Assembly: GCA_018650165.1 (NCBI GenBank)
Contig: JABIGM010000011.1
Coordinates: forward strand, 1-12,619
Direction: 5' to 3'
From: Methanobacteriota archaeon
GTDB lineage: Archaea; Thermoplasmatota; Poseidoniia; Poseidoniales; Poseidoniaceae
DNA length: 12,619 bases
The position numbers and the translations under genes are program-made. The notes below the pieces were generated by a model. That model had not been told where the DNA came from. It made no database searches and worked only from the letters and a program-made list of their open reading frames with translations. Shown one piece after another: positions 1 to 7,421 of the stretch. The first letter of the stretch is position 1. Every line of letters starts with the position of its first letter.

Positions 1-789
1 CAACAATTTTTAGCAAATGGTATCACATTCTTTGTATTCTCTTTGGATGGTCCGATTACAGGAGTAGATAGTCGAGAATTTGTCAGTGATATTCGCGATG
101 AAAGAAGTTCACTAACCGATGATTTGGTGATTGGTAGCGAAGGTTCACTCCAAGTTGCTGGGTTTGCCGCTTACAGCCTAGATACACTAGATGCCATCGC
201 GGAGAATTTACCTATGGCTTTGGCATTCATTTTTATCTCTACAATAATTCTAATTTTCATTCAAGTTCGTAGTGTAATAATTCCAATTAAGGCGATTGTA
301 ATGAACATATTATCGATTTCAGCATCCTTTGGAATGCTGGTTTTCGTATTCCAATGGGGATATGGTGCCGAATTATTGAACTTCACTCCGCAACCAATAG
401 AGGCAACAAATCCGGTGATTATGTTCTGTATCGTATTCGGACTCTCTATGGATTATGAAGTACTAATGCTATCGAGAATTCATGAAGAATGGGAACGAAC
501 AGGAGACAACACTTTGGCTGTAGCTAATGGTTTGCAACGCACTGGTCGCTTGATTACCGGTGCAGCGGCAATCATGGTTGTCGTATTCAGTGCATTTGGT
601 CTCTCATCAGTCATCATTCTCAAGCAGATTGGTCTCGGACTTGCGCTGGCTATCCTAATCGATGCAACTGTCGTTAGGGCACTAGTTGTTCCAGCAACGA
701 TGCGTTTGATGGGCAAGTGGAACTGGTGGAGCCCAAAATGGTTGGGCGGTTCAAAGGATACTGAAAAGGTACAGGAATCCGAGGAATGA
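1..789 (+). CDS. MMPL/RND-family transporter (MmpL/YdfJ-like), C-terminal part; 5' end lies outside the window
   Basis: The frame is open from base 1 (QQFLANGITFFVFSLDGP...). It has multiple TM helices and the MmpL motifs SVIIPIKAIVMNILS, FGLSMDYEV, GLQRTGRLITGAAAIM, IDATVVRALVVPATMRLMGKWNWW. Confidence 0.92.
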   Translation, partial: QQFLANGITFFVFSLDGPITGVDSREFVSDIRDERSSLTDDLVIGSEGSLQVAGFAAYSLDTLDAIAENLPMALAFIFISTIILIFIQVRSVIIPIKAIVMNILSISASFGMLVFVFQWGYGAELLNFTPQPIEATNPVIMFCIVFGLSMDYEVLMLSRIHEEWERTGDNTLAVANGLQRTGRLITGAAAIMVVVFSAFGLSSVIILKQIGLGLALAILIDATVVRALVVPATMRLMGKWNWWSPKWLGGSKDTEKVQESEE

Positions 790-1173
790 ATGGAAGAACA
801 TCAAGGCGATTAGAAGGTCAGCAGCCCTTCCATGCTTGGTTCGATCAACTCTGTCCTTACGAGAATTTCTGCCCCAGCGAGCAGTTATCCACAACAGGGT
901 AATTCCCAATGGTCCAGTGAATCCATGTAAACTACCCGGAATCAATCCAAGACCAGTGTACCACCTTGCTCCAAATGCGATTAGAACCGATAGAATTGCG
1001 GCCTGCAGAATTCTTTCACCTATTTTTTGGTGGCTCTCCAACTCCTCTCGGCGGCTCTCGCCTTTCAACTCCTGACTTTTCCGCTTCCAGCCATATTGCC
1101 ACCACATCCAACTGAGAATTGCTACCGCTGTGATGGGGTGCAGCAATAGGATAACGGCCCTGAGTACCTCCAT
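751..1173 (-). CDS. 4-TM His-rich membrane protein, DUF4079 / cytochrome b561-like
   Basis: 140 aa with four hydrophobic segments and His at H12 (LHP), H48 (SHQKIG), H83 (LHG), H114 (KHG) and H128. The pattern resembles DUF4079/b561-like proteins. Overlaps the MmpL 3' end by 39 bp. Confidence 0.7.
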   Translation of the reverse strand: MEVLRAVILLLHPITAVAILSWMWWQYGWKRKSQELKGESRREELESHQKIGERILQAAILSVLIAFGARWYTGLGLIPGSLHGFTGPLGITLLWITARWGRNSRKDRVDRTKHGRAADLLIALMFFHSFLGFLYLFSIL

Positions 1174-1180
1174 TATTTGC

Positions 1181-1186
1181 CTTGAA
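1181..1186 (+). promoter_or_regulatory. Candidate TATA-like box CTTGAA
   Basis: Same hexamer class and spacing (26 nt to ATG 1213) as the elements before ftsZ, radA and the Reeler-like gene. Confidence 0.35.
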
Positions 1187-1212
1187 GAAGTCCCACATGA
1201 TGGTTGTTTGGA

Positions 1213-1278
1213 ATGAATAGCACAGCCGGTGGCACTAAAGAGGTACGACTAAGCGCCTCACCCCGAAGGGGTGATTGA
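1213..1278 (+). other. Possible 21-aa upstream ORF (MNSTAGGTKEVRLSASPRRGD) whose stop overlaps the PIN gene ATG (TGATG)
   Basis: ATG 1213 lies 26 nt after CTTGAA. TGA 1276-1278 shares its A with ATG 1278. No homology evidence. Confidence 0.25.
1258..1274 (+). promoter_or_regulatory. Perfect inverted repeat TCACCCC-GAA-GGGGTGA whose right arm is the Shine-Dalgarno of the PIN gene
   Basis: 7-bp perfect arms. GGGGTGA lies 3 nt before ATG 1278 and 6 nt before ATG 1281. Confidence 0.65.
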
Positions 1279-4200
1279 TGATGCAAGAGAACAACCTTGC
1301 GGCCTGTCTAAAATCAGGCATGAAGGAGAACCTACCTCCTGCAACTAGGCAACGTCTAGTTGCGAAAACCCCCGAATGGAGAATGCTTGAGAAACCATGG
1401 AAATCTCTTCTTCTCATCGCATTAAACGAATTACAGGTTCCAAACGATGACGACGAGGATTCCCCTTCTACTCCATCCATGATGAGAAACCGAAGAGTAT
1501 CTGGCGGTCGTAGAGGAACACGCAGTTCCAGTGGACCAATGCAGTGGCTTCCCGAAGTTACTGAAGTATTACTTGATGATGGTTCACCGGTCGCTTTCAG
1601 ACTTTCAGTACTGTTAATTCGCAAGACTTTGTTTTCCGATGACTGGGAAGATTCTTGGGACGAAACAGTTGATGATTTACGGAAAACCGCATCTTCGAAA
1701 GGAGTCCATCCTGTCTGGAGTAAAATGGCAGAATCTACTCCTATTCTTGCGCAATTTGCAGCATTCCCTCAAAACGAGCCACAAGAAGAAGAAGCATCTT
1801 CGTTTGATATGGGAGCTGGCCACATCGACCCTTCCAATGTGAAATCATTGGCCAATGCACTTTCAAAATTAGAATCTAATGTTACTAACGCCACCGTAAA
1901 GATGGCAATGCAGAAAGCAAAAGCCCAACTAAATGGAAAAAGGGGATTGCGTGACATCAAGGGCCTCGAAAGTCTTGAAGGAGAAGCCAGTATTGTTAGC
2001 GTTCTTTTGAAAATGCACCTTGGACTAGATGCTACAGATTCATTAAAAGAACTTGCAAAAACAGATTCGGATTTGCAAAAGGCATTTGCAGACTTAATCC
2101 AATTACGAAATGGCGATGCAACAGATTGGGATGCATCCCGTACCTTGAAAGGCGATGATGAGTTGTCACAAGCTAGGATAAAATCCGCTTGGGATCTGAT
2201 GCCAGATAGTGCTGCTGAACTCTCAAGTGACGATTTGAGTAAAGGATTAGCACTCGCGACATCTCCTCAGCAGAAAGAGACCCTTACTTGGTGGCGATTG
2301 GCGGCACTAGTCAAAGAAGGCGCTTCAGACAATGCTCTTGGATTGCTTACCTCACTAACTGTCGAATCGGATGCAGACATGAATGTCTTGGTCCCGCTAG
2401 TCAAAAGATTAGGAGATGGTGCATCTTCTTGGCTTGCTTCTCAAATCGAGAATCTCGCGCAGGATTCACTTTCGGATTTAGTATCCGATGAAGACATAGC
2501 AATTTCTTTACGCGCTGCTGCAGCACGCCGACTTCATGATATGGGTGCCTCTATCGGTATTGACGCATCGATTAATCTCTTTACTCGTGGATTGGATCTC
2601 ACTCGATTAGCTGAGGTCTTACTGGTCGATGAACAAAGGTGTGCAGATAACCCATATTCCACATTACTAGTTGTGCATCTGCTTCCGGCGCGAACAAAGG
2701 GGTGGGATTTCGAAACTATCAGAGGTGCTCGTAGAAACGCCCTTTCAACAGTTGAGCAAGCCGAAGTTCCTAGCGCGTTTTCTCCGGCAAGTAGGGGCCT
2801 AATTTTGATGCTAGATGGAGCTGCTCAATCCGATGACGATTGGGTTGTAAATACTTTAGATAAAAATGGAATAAAGGCATTCAATAACTGTCGCCAAGCA
2901 CTACGCGATGGCGGCGATGGCATTGCAGATTCCAAGGTCCTTGATAACTTAGCAAAGAGTGTTAATGACGCTAAATTGAGTGATGTCGAGTTACGTTTAT
3001 TCAACGCAGTCATCGATACTCTGCGCCTTAATCGTGCATCGCGATTACTTCAATCAGGCAATCCAGGCGGGGTAATCGAATTACTAGATGGCCTTCTTTC
3101 GGGAGAAATTACTGCTATGCCAATGATGCAAGCGGTCAAACATCTTGTTTTGGAATATGACATTGGACTTGCAAATCTAGTTACTTGGTACCAAGAAAAC
3201 GACCCTCAATCTCCATGGCATACCCTTGCACGCGCTGCAGTAAATGTCAACAACGGTGACGAATTAAATGCCGCAAGAGATTATCGTAGAGCCGGTGACC
3301 ACGAAGATTTCGATTATGAGCATCGTATTCTACTTCACCGCAAAGCGATTATCCATCTCGCTCATGCTGAGCAGTGGTCTGAAGCAGTTACCCTTCTAGA
3401 ACAAGAGCCAGCCTTGAAATCTGCTCTAACTAAGCGTTTCCAACTTTATCTAAACGTATCTAATAGTGCTTCGAATAAAAGAAATACAGATGAAGCAACA
3501 CGTATTTTGAAGAATTTCGTAAAGAGAACCGAAATGGTCCAGCAAGAAGATCAGCAAGGAATCAGACAAATGGTTGAGAGGACAATTCATTCCGAAGAAG
3601 AACTTGATGTTCTCCGAAACTATCCTAACTCGCACCCAAGGCCTCTTCCAAGCGAACCATTTGCTGGAAGAGTAAAGGCCACATACAACACACTCCAGAG
3701 AGAAAGGCGCCGTAACCGCCACACCTATGAGAACCGATACGCTCAGGCAATGATTCACGAGCCGTCTGGTGAGGAAATTTACGAAATAGCTCTCGAAGCC
3801 TCGGCTGAAAAGCCACTAGAAGGATTGATGTTGCTGGAAAGAGCCCAGAATTCAGGACGGTTTACAGTACTCGATATCAAGAGACTTGCAGATGCTGAGC
3901 GTAGATTATTCGCAACCCACCGCCATAATTTACCTGTTAAGCACCGTTCATACTTGCGAAACTTAGCTCTAAGTCCACTAGTAATTGTCGATACAAATAT
4001 TCTAATTGATGAATTACAACACAGAATCTCAGATAAATTAGGAATTAATGCTGAAGCAGCCTTAGATATTGGAGGGCGCGGAAGATTCCATAGGATACTA
4101 AAGTCACGCTCACAAGAAGGTAAGATACACATGTGGCTTCCTAAGATTGTTAAAAACGAGTTGAAAGGAATTGCTAGTGACATGAGTAGAATCCGTGCCC

Positions 4201-4661
4201 TATTCGACGACACACTTGTTGGCTCAGATAAATTAGATGAAGTAATGACTTCAGATATTCTTCTTGAAACAGCAGATGAAATAATTACTGATTTCTCAAC
4301 ATGGAAACCAATGAACCTTCATCTTGAAGATGAAGCAGAAGATGAAGACATCAAGAGCAAACTCGAGATGTTTTTGATTGAACACACTGAAATTTACGAC
4401 GAAATAACTGCAATGAAAAGAATGCACGGCCGTGAACCATTACGTACTATTATCGATTCGAAAGACATCTATCCCGAAACCGCAGATCGGGAATTAATGT
4501 GTCTTGCAACCGCTATGTCTAACCAACCATTAGGTGAGATTGGCAGTATCTTAATCGCAACTAGAGATTCTGACTTTGCACTCGTTGCACGAGCAATAGA
4601 AGAGCGATTTGGATTTGGTGTAATTGCAAATAGCCGTAACCTGAATACTTGGTTACGCTGA
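1278..4661 (+). CDS. Large alpha-helical (TPR/solenoid-like) protein with a C-terminal PIN ribonuclease domain
   Basis: Long ORF; start is TTG 1275, ATG 1278 or ATG 1281. The C-terminus has the PIN signature VIVDTNILID (D906), LPKIVKNEL (E962), TADRELM (D1071), ILIATRDSDF (D1098, D1100), numbered on the 1128-aa track ORF. The N-terminal ~900 aa are A/L/D/E-rich with TPR-like stretches (WHTLARAAVNVNNGDELNAARDYRRAG; RKAIIHLAHAEQWSEAVTLLE). Confidence 0.88.
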   Translation: MMQENNLAACLKSGMKENLPPATRQRLVAKTPEWRMLEKPWKSLLLIALNELQVPNDDDEDSPSTPSMMRNRRVSGGRRGTRSSSGPMQWLPEVTEVLLDDGSPVAFRLSVLLIRKTLFSDDWEDSWDETVDDLRKTASSKGVHPVWSKMAESTPILAQFAAFPQNEPQEEEASSFDMGAGHIDPSNVKSLANALSKLESNVTNATVKMAMQKAKAQLNGKRGLRDIKGLESLEGEASIVSVLLKMHLGLDATDSLKELAKTDSDLQKAFADLIQLRNGDATDWDASRTLKGDDELSQARIKSAWDLMPDSAAELSSDDLSKGLALATSPQQKETLTWWRLAALVKEGASDNALGLLTSLTVESDADMNVLVPLVKRLGDGASSWLASQIENLAQDSLSDLVSDEDIAISLRAAAARRLHDMGASIGIDASINLFTRGLDLTRLAEVLLVDEQRCADNPYSTLLVVHLLPARTKGWDFETIRGARRNALSTVEQAEVPSAFSPASRGLILMLDGAAQSDDDWVVNTLDKNGIKAFNNCRQALRDGGDGIADSKVLDNLAKSVNDAKLSDVELRLFNAVIDTLRLNRASRLLQSGNPGGVIELLDGLLSGEITAMPMMQAVKHLVLEYDIGLANLVTWYQENDPQSPWHTLARAAVNVNNGDELNAARDYRRAGDHEDFDYEHRILLHRKAIIHLAHAEQWSEAVTLLEQEPALKSALTKRFQLYLNVSNSASNKRNTDEATRILKNFVKRTEMVQQEDQQGIRQMVERTIHSEEELDVLRNYPNSHPRPLPSEPFAGRVKATYNTLQRERRRNRHTYENRYAQAMIHEPSGEEIYEIALEASAEKPLEGLMLLERAQNSGRFTVLDIKRLADAERRLFATHRHNLPVKHRSYLRNLALSPLVIVDTNILIDELQHRISDKLGINAEAALDIGGRGRFHRILKSRSQEGKIHMWLPKIVKNELKGIASDMSRIRALFDDTLVGSDKLDEVMTSDILLETADEIITDFSTWKPMNLHLEDEAEDEDIKSKLEMFLIEHTEIYDEITAMKRMHGREPLRTIIDSKDIYPETADRELMCLATAMSNQPLGEIGSILIATRDSDFALVARAIEERFGFGVIANSRNLNTWLR

Positions 4662-4669
4662 TCTCCAAA

Positions 4670-5905
4670 TCACATATGGGAAATAATTGCGTTTCCAAAG
4701 TCTGAACACGATAGTAATTCAGCATCATCCATTAATCTTTCAAAGTCATAAGTGACGGTTTTTGCAGAAATCGCACCTTCCATTCCAGATACAATTAGGT
4801 CAGCAGCCTCATTCCAGCCCATGTGGCGTAGCATCATTTCTGCTGAAAGAATTAGAGAGCCCGGATTCACCTTGTTTAGACCAGTATATTTTGGAGCAGT
4901 CCCGTGGGTCGCTTCAAAGATTGAGATACCAGTATCGTAGTTGATATTAGCGCCTGGTGCGATACCAATGCCGCCTACCTGGGCTGCTAAGGCATCTGAA
5001 ATGTAATCTCCATTCAGATTCATTGTTGCCAATACTCCATATTCAGCAGGCCTAGTAATAATTTGTTGTAGCATAGCATCAGCAATCACATCTTTGACAG
5101 TAATCGTATTACCTGTTATTGGATTACTAAAGGTACACCAAGGACCGCCATCAAGTTCTGTTGCCCCAAATTCATCCTTGGCTAATTGGTAGCCCCAATC
5201 ACGGAATCCACCTTCTGTGAACTTCATGATGTTCCCCTTGTGAACTAATGTGACACTATCTTTGTCATTATCGATAGCATACTTGAAGGCAGCTCGTACA
5301 ATACGTGCAGTCCCCTCTTGGCTAATTGGTTTGATTCCAATTCCAGATGTATTGGGGAATCGAATTTTATCGACGCCCATTTCATTGACTAGGAAATCTA
5401 TTACTTTGGCAACATCAGCAGAACCTGCTTCCCATTCAATTCCAGCATAGACATCTTCGCTGTTTTCTCTGAAGATAATCATATCAACATCCCCTGGAGA
5501 TTTTACTGGAGACGGTGTTCCTTCATACCAGCGAACAGGTCGAACGCAAGCGAACAGGTCTAATTTCTGACGTAACGCTACATTTAGTGAACGGATTCCA
5601 CCTCCAACAGGTGTTGTTAGTGGCCCTTTAATCGAAACCAATCCTGTGCGCATTGCATCGAGAGTTGCCTCGGGAAGCCATTCGCCAGTATTGTTGAATG
5701 CCTTCTCACCAGCAAGAGTTTCAGTCCATGTAATCGCCCTACTGCCCGAGTAAGCTTTGGATACAGAAGCATCTACGACAGCGATCATTACTGGTGTAAT
5801 ATCAATGCCAATACCGTCGCCTTCGATGTAATGTACAACTGGGTTATCTGGTACTACAAGTACTCCATTTTCCATTGTGATTGGTGTTCCTGACATGGTG
5901 CTCAT
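4670..5905 (-). CDS. icd: NADP-dependent isocitrate dehydrogenase (type I, E. coli-like)
   Basis: Motifs [62 protein letters not shown] and VTYDFERL. The APKY and TYDxxR motifs indicate NADP specificity. Start is 5905 or 5896. Confidence 0.98.
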   Translation of the reverse strand: MSTMSGTPITMENGVLVVPDNPVVHYIEGDGIGIDITPVMIAVVDASVSKAYSGSRAITWTETLAGEKAFNNTGEWLPEATLDAMRTGLVSIKGPLTTPVGGGIRSLNVALRQKLDLFACVRPVRWYEGTPSPVKSPGDVDMIIFRENSEDVYAGIEWEAGSADVAKVIDFLVNEMGVDKIRFPNTSGIGIKPISQEGTARIVRAAFKYAIDNDKDSVTLVHKGNIMKFTEGGFRDWGYQLAKDEFGATELDGGPWCTFSNPITGNTITVKDVIADAMLQQIITRPAEYGVLATMNLNGDYISDALAAQVGGIGIAPGANINYDTGISIFEATHGTAPKYTGLNKVNPGSLILSAEMMLRHMGWNEAADLIVSGMEGAISAKTVTYDFERLMDDAELLSCSDFGNAIISHM

Positions 5906-5928
5906 ACCGGCCCAACTTGAGCCCCTTC

Positions 5929-5934
5929 ATCAAC
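5929..5934 (-). promoter_or_regulatory. Candidate TATA-like box (GTTGAT) for icd
   Basis: 23 nt upstream of ATG 5905; fits the recurring NTTSAW class. Confidence 0.35.
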
Positions 5935-5951
5935 ACAGCGGTTAACGGTGG

Positions 5952-5957
5952 TTTCAT
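5952..5957 (+). promoter_or_regulatory. Candidate TATA-like box (TTTCAT) for the OsmC gene
   Basis: 24 nt upstream of ATG 5982; fits the recurring NTTSAW class. Confidence 0.4.
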
Positions 5958-5981
5958 CTGATAGCACCTTTTGGGGTAATT

Positions 5982-6368
5982 ATGCATGGAACAGTTGAAT
6001 GGACTGGAGAAAAAAACATGGTTGGAATTAATTCCAATGGTCAGAAAATAGAGATGGAGTGGGATGATGGACCCAGTCCAATGCAAATCACCCTCCAAAT
6101 GGTTGGAGCTTGCTCACTTGTTGATGTAATATTGGGCCTCAAAGAGCGCAAATTCAGTAAAGCCTGGGTCGAAATGGAAGCAACACGTTCTGAAGAATCA
6201 ACTCGTCATTTCACATCTATGCATTTGATTTACCACGTTACTGGAAATGTTCCCAAGAAATTAGTAGAAAGAGTTGTAGAAAAATCTCACGAAAAGTATT
6301 GTGGTGTGTCGAATAGCATCCGCGAGGATTGTAAAATTACAACCGGTGTTGAAATTCACGAAGAATGA
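5982..6368 (+). CDS. OsmC/Ohr-family protein (YhfA-like)
   Basis: 128 aa with GPSPMQ...VGACSLVDV and SHEKYCGVSNSI, giving the two conserved Cys of the OsmC fold. Confidence 0.92.
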   Translation: MHGTVEWTGEKNMVGINSNGQKIEMEWDDGPSPMQITLQMVGACSLVDVILGLKERKFSKAWVEMEATRSEESTRHFTSMHLIYHVTGNVPKKLVERVVEKSHEKYCGVSNSIREDCKITTGVEIHEE

Positions 6369-6370
6369 AT

Positions 6371-7417
6371 TCAAACGATATCGTGAACAATCCATTCACC
6401 GTCGATCTCTGGCGCAGAAATGCTGACTTCAGCACCACTTGCTAACAGAAGTTGTCTTGGTAATGTTTCAAGTCCAGTAATCAGAAGGCCAGCCAATGCG
6501 TCATGGATCATGACCCAATTTTCAGAAATCCCGTCAGGGGCTGGAACAATACTCGGTACCCCCTCAACACTAACCGAGGCCCAAGGGCGAACAAGTCCAT
6601 CTCCGCCTAAGTCAACAATCATGGAAATCGTCATGGTATTACCATCGAGAACCATTTCGCTAGAAGACGGCATTAGCCTACAATTTTCCGGCAATCCAGT
6701 AAGGCCACCTTCGCCTCTATCTCTTCTTTTAGCGACTAATCTTCTAATCCATGCCAAGAGCACAGTGTGAGAGTACACCATTGAGCGGGATGGCATATCA
6801 GTATTGGTTTCCTTTTCATCTTCCCATCCCCAGTCGCAACCCTCGGATTTGATTGGAAGTAGATTTGGCATCCAAGCCAAATGGCTAGGGCTTGCATCAG
6901 GATGATTTACAGAAACAAATGCAGCCCCTTCACTAAACTTTGAGGCTTTTTTATGAACAATACCTGGAACTGAAATTACCAAGCCGAGAATAATTGCAAG
7001 CGGATCGAGTGCGCTAGGCCAGCTCTCTAGTGGCGCAGCCTCTTTTTCAAACCAAACACCTTCAGCCAAATCATTGCCTAGTCCCAGGCCTTCAGCGAAA
7101 AGTAACGCTTCAGTCCATCCAGTTTTTGAGATGCCGGCATTAACAGCCGCTCGTCCCATCGAACGAGCGGTAGGGGCCAGACTATCGCGGTCATTCAAAC
7201 TTTCAAGCCACTCACGTAAATTTTGGTCACCATCGCCAAAAGAACGCCTTCCGGTTTTGGAAATATCAGATAGCCAAACCTGTTCCTGACGTGCTCGCTC
7301 ACTATCGCTTAAGCCGAGTTGTTGTTGTAGAGTTTCAAGCATTATTGCACCATCTCGAGAAAGTGCACCATCTGACCAAGCCAGTGCTAGGCCGTGCTCG
7401 AACGGGGTAGGGGCCAT
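6371..7417 (-). CDS. Hypothetical protein with an N-terminal half-TerB-like helical module
   Basis: 348-aa ORF. GGAGG SD precedes the ATG, which lies 4 nt after the upstream gene's stop (operon). N-terminus is FEHGLALAWSDGALSRDGAIMLETLQQQLGLS; the remainder is unrecognised. Confidence 0.82.
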   Translation of the reverse strand: MAPTPFEHGLALAWSDGALSRDGAIMLETLQQQLGLSDSERARQEQVWLSDISKTGRRSFGDGDQNLREWLESLNDRDSLAPTARSMGRAAVNAGISKTGWTEALLFAEGLGLGNDLAEGVWFEKEAAPLESWPSALDPLAIILGLVISVPGIVHKKASKFSEGAAFVSVNHPDASPSHLAWMPNLLPIKSEGCDWGWEDEKETNTDMPSRSMVYSHTVLLAWIRRLVAKRRDRGEGGLTGLPENCRLMPSSSEMVLDGNTMTISMIVDLGGDGLVRPWASVSVEGVPSIVPAPDGISENWVMIHDALAGLLITGLETLPRQLLLASGAEVSISAPEIDGEWIVHDIV

Positions 7418-7421
7418 CGAA

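Noticed and set aside
43-789. Track start of the MmpL ORF at TTG 43
   Set aside because: The frame is open from base 1 and the protein is only the C-terminal half of an RND transporter; the true start is outside the window.
5966-5978. CACCTTTTGGGGT before the OsmC ATG as a third copy of the CACCCC-N3-GGGGTG palindrome
   Set aside because: The arms and spacing do not match and pairing relies on G-U wobble; it is more simply an SD-like GGGGT.
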